From Acaryochloris thomasi RCC1774 (GTDB lineage Bacteria > Cyanobacteriota > Cyanobacteriia > Thermosynechococcales > Thermosynechococcaceae): a DNA stretch of 32,000 nucleotides. Position numbers and translations under genes: made by a program. Under the pieces are notes generated by a model. The model searched no databases, was not told the DNA's origin, and saw nothing but the letters and a program-made list of their open reading frames with translations. Shown in pieces: positions 25,088 to 32,000 of the stretch. The stretch covers positions 1 to 32,000 of the forward strand of contig NZ_PQWO01000007.1 of assembly GCF_003231495.1 (NCBI RefSeq), given 5' to 3'. The stretch's first letter is position 1; the number at the start of each line of letters is the position of its first letter.

Positions 25088-25141
25088 ATTTAGGGCTTCG
25101 CTAATGGTCCATTGATATAGCGCTCAGAGGAAACAGCCATC

Positions 25142-26158
25142 GTGACGACCACAATTCCCGCAGCCAAAGAAGCAGAAGAATTTCCCTGGTGGGCTGGTAA
25201 TGCCCGCTTTGCAGACGCTTCAGGGCAGCTACTCGGTGCCCATGTCGCCCATGCAGGGCTGATTGTCTTCTGGGCCGGAGCCTACACCTTATTTGAGTTA
25301 GGTCGCTTCGACCCGGCCCAACCCATCTATTTACAGGGGTTGATTCTGCTTCCCAACTTGGCCCGCTTCGGGTTGGGACTGGGTGACGCAGGGCAGATTA
25401 TCGACCCCCATCCCTACTTTGTTGTGGGTGTTTTGCACCTGATTAGCTCTGCCTTTCTCGGATTTGGTGGCCTGTATCACGCACTCAAAGGTCCGGCTCA
25501 GCTTGAAGATCGATTCCCGCGCTATGGCTATCGCTGGGATGACCAGAAAGCGATGACCAATATCTTAGGGACTCACCTCATCCTGTTGGGGCTGGGGGCA
25601 GGACTGCTTGTGCTAAAGGCGACTAAGTTTGGGGGACTCTACGATTCGAGCTTGGGTCAACTGCACCTCGTCACGAATCCCACGCTGAATCCGGTGGTGA
25701 TTGTGGGCTATCTGCTGGGCCTCCAGAGTCCAGACTGGATTGCGGGCGTCACCTCTCTTGAAGATATTGTCGGCGGTCATGTTTGGGTCAGTGTTCTCTG
25801 TATCGGAGGTGGTCTGTGGCACTGTGCCACGAAGCCGTTCCCTTGGGCACAGCGATTGTTCACCTGGTCCGGTGAAGCATACCTGTCCTATAGCCTTGGT
25901 GCGTTGGCCCTAATGAGCTTTGTTGCCACCTACTTTGTGGCGGTCAATAGCGTGGCGTATCCCACAGAATTTTATGGGCCTAGCTTGAGCCTAGTTTTTG
26001 GGCAGGTGCCTGAATTTGTCTCAGTGGATGGTCAATTGACCACACGCGTCTGGCTCGCTAATTCCCATTTCTGGCTTGGGTTCTTCGTACTTCAGGGTCA
26101 TCTCTGGCATGCTCTGCAGGCCCGAGGGCTCAACTTAAATCGCGAACTTTTACGCTAA
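25142..26158 (+). CDS. CP43-like chlorophyll-binding antenna protein (IsiA/Pcb/CBP family), paralog 1
   Basis: 338 aa. [40 protein letters not shown]...[24 protein letters not shown]...[13 protein letters not shown] has six-helix CP43 homology but lacks the large lumenal loop E of PsbC. GTG start with GAGGA 10 nt upstream. Confidence 0.9.
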   Translation: MTTTIPAAKEAEEFPWWAGNARFADASGQLLGAHVAHAGLIVFWAGAYTLFELGRFDPAQPIYLQGLILLPNLARFGLGLGDAGQIIDPHPYFVVGVLHLISSAFLGFGGLYHALKGPAQLEDRFPRYGYRWDDQKAMTNILGTHLILLGLGAGLLVLKATKFGGLYDSSLGQLHLVTNPTLNPVVIVGYLLGLQSPDWIAGVTSLEDIVGGHVWVSVLCIGGGLWHCATKPFPWAQRLFTWSGEAYLSYSLGALALMSFVATYFVAVNSVAYPTEFYGPSLSLVFGQVPEFVSVDGQLTTRVWLANSHFWLGFFVLQGHLWHALQARGLNLNRELLR

Positions 26159-26189
26159 TTTCTTGCACTCTCAGCGTTAGGAAAAAACT

Positions 26190-27692
26190 ATGACAGCAGT
26201 CATTGATTCTACGATGGCCGAAGGCCGGTCGGAGACCATCGCATCTGAGCCGGCGACGCCTATAGCTGCAACCCAGGCCCCATATCCTTGGTGGCGGGGC
26301 AACGCTCGATTTATTAATCAGTCAGGAAAACTCCTTGGTGCCCACCTTGCCCAGGCCGCGCTAATCATCCTCTGGGCCGGAGCGATGACGCTCTTTGAAA
26401 TCTCGCACTTTAACGCCGCACAGCCGATGTACGAGCAGGGGGTAATTCTGCTGCCGAATCTTGCTCGTTTGGGTTATGGCGTCAGTGATGGCGGAATCGT
26501 CAATGATCTCTATCCCTACTACGTGATTGGCGTTGTGCATTTGGTCAGCTCTACAGTGTTGGCGGCAGGTGGACTGTTCCATGCCCTCATTGGCCCTGCG
26601 ACATTAGCGATCGATGATACCTTTGCAGGTGACTTTGGCTACGACTGGACTGACCCCAACAAGATGACCTCGATCCTCGGGACACATCTAGCGGTTCTAG
26701 GGTGCGGTGCTTGGTTGCTGGTGGTGAAGGCGATGTTCTGGGGCGGGCTTTATGACGCCAATCTAGAAACGGTTCGCGTTGTTACGAACCCAACCCTCAA
26801 CGCGGGTCGCATTTTCGGTTATCTCATCGGTCCACTATCGAGTGGTGGAATGGTGGCTGTCGATAGCCTCGAAGATATTGTCGGTGGTCATCTGTGGATT
26901 GGTTCTGTTCTGGTTCTGGGCGGTGTATGGCACACCACTACGCAGCCTAGAGAATGGGCAAAGAATCTGCTGGTGTGGTCTGGTGAAGCCTATCTCTCCT
27001 ACAGTCTGGCGGGTTTGGCCTATATGGGGCTGTTGGCCGCTTACTTTGTGACGGCGAATACGGTGGCTTACCCAGAAGCTTTCTATGGATCTTATGTTGC
27101 GCCGTTGGATCAGCATCCGTTTGTGAACTCTCGGAGTTGGCTTGCGATCGCACATACCTTCCTGGCCCTAGTCGCTCTCCTCGGCCATCTTTGGCACGGC
27201 TTCCGCGCCAGAGCCGCTGTCGCCGGATTCGACTTTACCCAAAACCAAGTCGTTCAGACTCCAGATTCCCAAATTGGCAACCTACAAACTCCAGTCAACT
27301 CATCTGCTGCTGTTACTTGGCTGATTGGCAACCTGCCCATTTATCGCCCTGAGCTGACCGCCTTCCGTCGCGGCCTAGAAATTGGCATGGCCCACGGTTA
27401 CTTTCTCCTTGGTCCTTTTGCTCTCCTCGGCCCCATGCGGACCTCGGATATTGCCTTTGAGCGGGGACTACTGGCTGCCTGTGCTCTAATTGCCGTCTTA
27501 AAAGGAGCCTTAGATTTGTACGGCACCGCTAGCTTTAGTCAAGGCCGAGCACCCAAGGGATTCTCGCCACAGGTTCCTACAGCCCTCAAGACTTTAGAGG
27601 GTTGGCGTCAGTTCAGCTTGGCTTTTTTAATCGGGGGCGTCGGCGGAGCCGTGTTTGCCCATGAGTTATTGACTAAAGCTCAGCTCTTTTAG
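26190..27692 (+). CDS. CP43/IsiA-family antenna protein fused to a full-length PsaL-like C-terminal domain
   Basis: Residues 1-350 form an IsiA/CP43-like core ([40 protein letters not shown]...[14 protein letters not shown]). Residues ~353-500 (nt 27246-27692), [62 protein letters not shown]...[26 protein letters not shown], are collinear with photosystem I subunit PsaL. Confidence 0.9.
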   Translation: MTAVIDSTMAEGRSETIASEPATPIAATQAPYPWWRGNARFINQSGKLLGAHLAQAALIILWAGAMTLFEISHFNAAQPMYEQGVILLPNLARLGYGVSDGGIVNDLYPYYVIGVVHLVSSTVLAAGGLFHALIGPATLAIDDTFAGDFGYDWTDPNKMTSILGTHLAVLGCGAWLLVVKAMFWGGLYDANLETVRVVTNPTLNAGRIFGYLIGPLSSGGMVAVDSLEDIVGGHLWIGSVLVLGGVWHTTTQPREWAKNLLVWSGEAYLSYSLAGLAYMGLLAAYFVTANTVAYPEAFYGSYVAPLDQHPFVNSRSWLAIAHTFLALVALLGHLWHGFRARAAVAGFDFTQNQVVQTPDSQIGNLQTPVNSSAAVTWLIGNLPIYRPELTAFRRGLEIGMAHGYFLLGPFALLGPMRTSDIAFERGLLAACALIAVLKGALDLYGTASFSQGRAPKGFSPQVPTALKTLEGWRQFSLAFLIGGVGGAVFAHELLTKAQLF

Positions 27693-27751
27693 CCCCCGAT
27701 CTAGATTTTGAGGATGTCGCTCTTCTAACTGCTTAGCTGAGTCCTCAATGT

Positions 27752-27780
27752 GCCTGCGGCTGTGGCACGCAGCTGCAGGC
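27752..27780 (+). promoter_or_regulatory. Stem-loop between the IsiA-PsaL fusion gene and isiA (weak terminator, attenuator or processing site)
   Basis: gcctgcggctg / cagctgcaggc forms an 11-bp stem (one G-U) with a 7-nt loop, followed by the pyrimidine-rich ttctctcc rather than a clean U-run. Confidence 0.4.
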
Positions 27781-27827
27781 TTCTCTCCATCGTGTCCCTA
27801 TCTCTGACTATAAGGAGTGTTTTTTAG

Positions 27828-28859
27828 ATGCAAAGTTACGGAAAACCTGATGTCAAGTACGACTGGTGGGCCGGAAATTCGCGGTTTGCAGAACAGTCTG
27901 GCCTCTTTATCGCTGCCCATGCGGGGCAAGCCGCTCTCAGTGCCCTCTGGGCCGGAGCCTTCACGCTATTTGAACTCTCTAAATTCTCGCCTGATATACC
28001 GATGGGCGAGCAAAGTCTGATTGTGCTGCCGCATTTAGCCTCCCTTGGGTTGGGCGTCGGGGCCGGCGGTCAAATCGTGGATACCTATCCCATGTTTGTG
28101 GTGGGGGCCATTCATCTTATTTCCTCGGCCGTTTTGGGTGCTGGAGCACTCCATCACGTTTTTGGTGCCTCTGGTAACCTGCAAGAAACGGATGGAAAAG
28201 CCAAGAGCTTCCACTTTGAATGGGATAGCGATCCTAAGGCTCAGCTCGGCATGATTCTAGGGCACCATCTTCTATTCCTCGGCATCGCCTGTCTGCTGTT
28301 TGTCATGAAAGCCACTACCTGGGGCGGTCTCTATGATCCGGCTCTTCAGGATGTGCGCTTAGTCTCCCCAACCCTCAATCCAGCAACAATTTTTGGTTAT
28401 CAAACCCACTTTGCTACCGTCAATAACCTCGAAGACTTGGTCGGCGGTCACGCTTTCGTTGGTTTTCTTGAAATTGTCGGTGGCATCTGGCATATTCTCG
28501 TTCCACCGATGCCTTGGGCCAAAAATCTGCTTCGTTTTTCTGGCGAAGCTGTTCTCTCTTACTCCCTTGGTAGCGTTGCCCTAGCCGGTTTTGTCGCTTC
28601 TTACTTCTGTGCCGTTAATACATTGGCCTATCCCATTGATTTTTACGGCCCCGTTCTGGATGTGAAGTTTGGCATCATGCCCTACTTTGCTGATACCGCA
28701 GCTCTACCCGTTGGTATTCATACTGGCCGCTGCTGGCTTGCCAATGCCCACTTCATCTTGGCCTTTGCCTTTTTGCAGGGACATTTTTGGCATGCATTGC
28801 GATCGATGGGCTTTGACTTTGAGCGCGTCGATCAGGCTCTGAAATTTGAACGTTCTTAG
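27828..28859 (+). CDS. isiA: Iron-stress-induced chlorophyll-binding protein IsiA (CP43')
   Basis: 343 aa. The N-terminus [33 protein letters not shown] matches canonical IsiA (MQTYGNPDVTYGWWAGNS...). Strong RBS aaggag. It ends in [19 protein letters not shown]. Confidence 0.88.
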   Translation: MQSYGKPDVKYDWWAGNSRFAEQSGLFIAAHAGQAALSALWAGAFTLFELSKFSPDIPMGEQSLIVLPHLASLGLGVGAGGQIVDTYPMFVVGAIHLISSAVLGAGALHHVFGASGNLQETDGKAKSFHFEWDSDPKAQLGMILGHHLLFLGIACLLFVMKATTWGGLYDPALQDVRLVSPTLNPATIFGYQTHFATVNNLEDLVGGHAFVGFLEIVGGIWHILVPPMPWAKNLLRFSGEAVLSYSLGSVALAGFVASYFCAVNTLAYPIDFYGPVLDVKFGIMPYFADTAALPVGIHTGRCWLANAHFILAFAFLQGHFWHALRSMGFDFERVDQALKFERS

Positions 28860-29021
28860 TCATCGTTATTCAAGGCTAGTTCAAGCAGAACGCAATCAAT
28901 CAATCGGCAGAAGCTTTAGGGTTCTCTCTTGACAGACCTTCTGCTTAAACCCAAGGCGTCATGCAGACTCTCCTCTGTGGCGCCTTTCTCATTGACATCA
29001 AAACTTTGAGGAATTCCCACC

Positions 29022-30164
29022 GTGACTACGGCAAATCTTTTATCATTTACCCCCGACAACATGACCAAGAGCTGGTGGAATGGCAATGCCCGTCTCACCA
29101 AGTTTTCGGGTTTGCTCCTTGGGGCTCATTTGGCCCATGCTGGCTTAATTGTGCTTTGGGCAGGTACCCGAGTCATTTCAGAAGTCGGTAACTTTGACCC
29201 CAGCCTGTCTTTCCCTGACCAAGGACTGCTGTTAATCCCCCATCTTGCGGCTCTTGGCTTCGGTATTGGCCTCGATGGAACGGTTGATACCTATCCTTAT
29301 TTTGTGATTGGGGTTTTACATCTTGTCGCCTCTGCTGTTTTAGCAGCAGGTGGCCTCTACCATGTCTTTGGCGGGTCCCCAGTTCTAGAAGAATCAGAAA
29401 ATAGCCGAGCGGTGAAGTTCCACTACGAATGGAACGATCATCGACAATTAGGCTTAATTCTTGGCCACCACCTTATCTTTCTCGGGGTCGCGGCTTTGCT
29501 CTTTGTTCTCAAGGCCACCACCTGGGGCGGCATCTATGATCCGACCGTGGGGACAGTCCATACTATTGACAACCCAACCCTAAATCCAGCCACGATCTTT
29601 GGCTATTTGTTTGGCCGCAATCATGGCGTTTGGTCCGCTCAAGGGCTAGCTAGCGTTAGTACGCTACAGGATGTTGTTGGCGGTCATGCCTGGATCGGTG
29701 CCCTTGAAATTTTGGGGGGTATCTGGCATATTCAAAAGCCCCCGGCACCTTGGTCTCGCTGGTTGCTCAAGATTAACGCCCATGCTGTTCTCTCCTATAG
29801 CCTCGCCGGAGTCGCCTGGATGGCGTTTTTATCCTGCTTCTTTCTCTATAATCCTTTGGTGTTTCCGCCAGAGCTGTACGGTACAGGCAAAGATTCATTG
29901 GCGAATGTTCAGTTTCTCTTGGGCTTGACAGCGCTGGGAGGGCACGTATGGCACGCTTCTATTTCTCGGGCTGAGGTGCAGGCAAAGTCTAGCCGCGTCT
30001 CTGATTCAAAGGTTCCTGCTGCGACTAAATCCAGCTCGACCGTAGTAGAGAAAGAAATACAGGATAGTCCGGAAGACGTGACCACAATAAAAGAGACGCC
30101 CCAAGGTGATGTAGATGCATCGGCTGAGGTAAAGGTCGAAGAGACTGAGACGAAAGATCCATAA
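29022..30164 (+). CDS. Divergent CP43/IsiA-family antenna protein, paralog 4, with a shortened helix V-VI loop and a ~65-aa acidic Ser/Thr/Glu-rich C-terminal tail
   Basis: 380 aa. It has SWWNGNARLTKFSGLLLGAHLAHAGLIVLWAG and YFVIGVLHLVASAVLAAGGLYHVF. The core ends at GGHVWHASISRAE, then comes VQAKSSRVSDSKVPAATKSSSTVVEKEIQDSPEDVTTIKETPQGDVDASAEVKVEETETKDP. GTG start with an upstream gagga; an alternative ATG lies 13 codons in. Confidence 0.85.
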   Translation: MTTANLLSFTPDNMTKSWWNGNARLTKFSGLLLGAHLAHAGLIVLWAGTRVISEVGNFDPSLSFPDQGLLLIPHLAALGFGIGLDGTVDTYPYFVIGVLHLVASAVLAAGGLYHVFGGSPVLEESENSRAVKFHYEWNDHRQLGLILGHHLIFLGVAALLFVLKATTWGGIYDPTVGTVHTIDNPTLNPATIFGYLFGRNHGVWSAQGLASVSTLQDVVGGHAWIGALEILGGIWHIQKPPAPWSRWLLKINAHAVLSYSLAGVAWMAFLSCFFLYNPLVFPPELYGTGKDSLANVQFLLGLTALGGHVWHASISRAEVQAKSSRVSDSKVPAATKSSSTVVEKEIQDSPEDVTTIKETPQGDVDASAEVKVEETETKDP

Positions 30165-30189
30165 CACTCCTTTCAGCTTTACTTGGAAT

Positions 30190-30231
30190 ACCCAGTCTCT
30201 CTACTCACGAGGAACTGGGTGTTCACTTTTT
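30190..30231 (+). terminator. Putative terminator after the fourth antenna gene
   Basis: Stem acccagt (30190-30196) / actgggt (30214-30220), then gttcac and T5 (30227-30231). Confidence 0.45.
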
Positions 30232-30363
30232 AAAGGAGACATCGCTCAAATACAATTCTTTTTCATTTGTTTTTTAGGTCAATTAAAAGATTTATTTTAC
30301 GTGTATCGCTCAAACCCTTTTATAGAGGGAGTTATAAGGATTGTTGATTTCCTCTGACAGGGG

Positions 30364-30398
30364 TTGACAACCTATCTATTGAAATATATTCTCAATAG
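30364..30398 (+). promoter_or_regulatory. Candidate isiB promoter (TTGACA-17 bp-TATTCT) overlapped by the palindrome CTATTGA-N9-TCAATAG
   Basis: TTGACA is at 30364-30369 and TATTCT at 30387-30392. The inverted repeat arms are at 30376-30382 and 30392-30398. This is the same TATTGA-N9-TCAATA core as at 25065-25085. Confidence 0.5.
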
Positions 30399-30694
30399 TG
30401 TGATGAGTAATTGTTTGCTGCAGCTGTGAAAAACTCGATCGATGCAAATGTATGTGCCGTGATGGAAGTAGGTCTGATCTCAGCGTATCTATGGGCAGGT
30501 AATCAGTCCTTCGTTGGGCGAGTTCAGTTGTTTTAGCGTTCGCTCCGCTTTCTGCGATCGCAAGCCTTCAGGAAGCCTAGATCTTACCGGTACTGGCAAC
30601 TTCGCTCAGATTTTTCAATAGCTTTCTAGAGAATTTTTGTTTTGCGGTTGAGTCCAGCGACGACCGCGCATTTAGTTAATGACAGGAGACTTTA

Positions 30695-31210
30695 ATGACA
30701 CAGGTTGGTTTATTTTTCGGTACCACCACTGGCAAAACAGCGAACATCGCCGAGATGATTCAAGACGGTCTGGGGGGCGCAGATGTCGTTTCCGTGGCTG
30801 AAATTCATGAAGTCGAAGAAAACAGCGAGCTGCTGGCCTATGACTGCTTGATTATTGGCTGCCCCACCTGGGATATTGGCGAGCTGCAGAGTGACTGGGA
30901 TACGTTTTTCCCGAATCTAGACAGCATTGATTTCAGCGGTAAAAAAGTGGCCTACTTCGGTACGGGAGACCAAATTGGTTATGCCGATAACTTTATGGAC
31001 GCAATGGGAATCTTGGAAGCCAAAATCAGCGAAAAGGGCGGTGCGACTGTCGGACAAACCTCTACAGAGGGCTATGAATATGAGAGTTCTAAGGCAGTGA
31101 AAGACGGTCAGTTCTGCGGTTTAGCGATTGATGAAGACAATCAAGATGACTTTACTGATGAGCGTGTTTCCGCTTGGATTACGCAACTGAAGTCAGAATT
31201 CGGCCTTTGA
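30695..31210 (+). CDS. isiB: Long-chain flavodoxin
   Basis: 171 aa. VGLFFGTTTGKTANIAEMI...IIGCPTWDIGELQSDWDTFF...VAYFGTGDQIGYADNFMDAMGILEAKISEKGG...GLAIDEDNQDDFTDERVSAWITQLKSEFGL is near-collinear with cyanobacterial IsiB/FldA. RBS aggag. Confidence 0.95.
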   Translation: MTQVGLFFGTTTGKTANIAEMIQDGLGGADVVSVAEIHEVEENSELLAYDCLIIGCPTWDIGELQSDWDTFFPNLDSIDFSGKKVAYFGTGDQIGYADNFMDAMGILEAKISEKGGATVGQTSTEGYEYESSKAVKDGQFCGLAIDEDNQDDFTDERVSAWITQLKSEFGL

Positions 31211-31237
31211 TCATTTACTCTATCTTTTTGCAATATT

Positions 31238-32000
31238 ATGTCCTCCATTTGTGAAGCCCTTTGGGTGAATACCAGCGCCAGTCTCCAGCGCTTTGATCAG
31301 CCTTTACTAAAGTGCTTGGCTGGCCATATTGGGGTTGCCCATTGGGCCTATCGACAAACGCCTGATGAAGCCAGTGATCTAGATGTTCCAGTCCAGCTTT
31401 TGCATGAGTACTTGCAGGAGCAAGATCGCCCGCTCCATCTAATCGGCCACGGTACCGGTGGACTTGTCGCTCTGTTAGTGGCGCGCCAGTTCCCGGAGTA
31501 TGTGCGATCGCTCACGTTATTGAGTGTGGGTGCCCAAGCCAGTCTGGACTGGATCGCTCACTACTATTTTCATCTCAAGTTCTTGGGCTGTCGTCGAGAG
31601 CAAATCTTTTATCAGCTGATCACTGATCTATTTGGTCGCCAGAATCCCGCTGGGCATCAATATCTGGGTAAGATTCTGCAACAGGCATTAGCGACCTCGC
31701 CATCCCCTAATTCAATGATCCAGACGGCAAACGTTCCTAGGAATGGAGTGCCCGTGCCGTTTTTGGCCTGTGGAGGCCATGATGATGTGGTTGTCGATCC
31801 CCATGAAATTGAAGGTTGGCGAGGGTGGTTAAAGGACTGCGATCGCATCTACCACTGCCCCCACGGTCGGCATTTTTTCCATGGAACGCATCCTCAGCTT
31901 GTGAGCCAACAAGTCCTGGAGTTTTGGAATCAGGTGAATTTGCAAACGACCCCATCCTGGTTCGAGATCTCACCGGCCTTTGCGATTAACTGCAGGCTTT
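31238..32000 (+). CDS. Alpha/beta-hydrolase-fold protein downstream of isiB (IsiC-like position); 3' end outside the window; the nucleophile-elbow Ser is replaced (GHGTGG)
   Basis: The frame is open from the ATG at 31238 to the window end (254 codons, no stop), so it is not in the ORF track. LHLIGHGTGGLVALLVARQFPEYVRSLTLLSV is a hydrolase-fold strand-elbow-helix with Gly at the Ser position (31445-31462). It begins 27 bp after the isiB stop. Confidence 0.7.
   Translation, partial: MSSICEALWVNTSASLQRFDQPLLKCLAGHIGVAHWAYRQTPDEASDLDVPVQLLHEYLQEQDRPLHLIGHGTGGLVALLVARQFPEYVRSLTLLSVGAQASLDWIAHYYFHLKFLGCRREQIFYQLITDLFGRQNPAGHQYLGKILQQALATSPSPNSMIQTANVPRNGVPVPFLACGGHDDVVVDPHEIEGWRGWLKDCDRIYHCPHGRHFFHGTHPQLVSQQVLEFWNQVNLQTTPSWFEISPAFAINCRL

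Noticed and set aside
30462-30536. A 24-codon mini-ORF (MEVGLISAYLWAGNQSFVGRVQLF) whose 'WAGN' recalls the W-W-A-G-N motif of IsiA/CP43 N-termini; considered as a remnant of a fifth isiA copy
   Set aside because: Only a 4-residue match was found. The flanking DNA shows no extended similarity to the 5' ends of the four antenna genes, and nothing continues after the stop. It is most likely chance.

Overview
This is a cyanobacterial chromosomal window. It has many HIP1 octamers (GCGATCGC, e.g. at 2819, 4177, 6322, 6330, 7431, 8466, 8492) and photosynthesis genes. No rRNA, tRNA, CRISPR array, transposase or prophage signature was seen.

Layout, left to right:
- 1-8.6 kb: the 3' end of psbA with its terminator; a GNAT / thioesterase / membrane O-acyltransferase trio; a Tat-signal orthocaspase; an NFACT/RqcH-like gene; remA-gmk.
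- 8.6-17.6 kb: eight consecutive minus-strand prepilin-type genes. They form two paralogous four-gene pseudopilin (minor-pilin) modules with permuted order. One member carries a repeat-encoded Gly/Arg/Ser tail.
- 18.2-20.3 kb: two secreted proteins of unknown function and a 2-TM protein.
- 20.3-23.5 kb: a metal-homeostasis block. It holds a metallothionein smtA (53 aa, missing from the ORF track), smtB with a perfect 18-bp palindromic operator, an alpha/beta hydrolase, and fetA/fetB-like ABC iron-export genes.
- 23.5-25.1 kb: a low-coding region with a Psb34/ssl1498-like mini-gene, also missing from the track.
- 25.1-32 kb: an iron-stress antenna island. It has four tandem CP43/IsiA-family genes, then flavodoxin isiB and a hydrolase-fold gene that lacks the nucleophile serine. 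One of the four is an IsiA-PsaL fusion and one is a divergent paralog with a long acidic tail.

The same palindrome, TATTGA-N9-TCAATA, sits upstream of both the antenna array and isiB.

The most unusual, least explained content is the duplicated pseudopilin modules with their large non-canonical subunits, and the expanded IsiA array with its shared candidate operator. All functional calls rest on reading the translations by eye. No database search was run.
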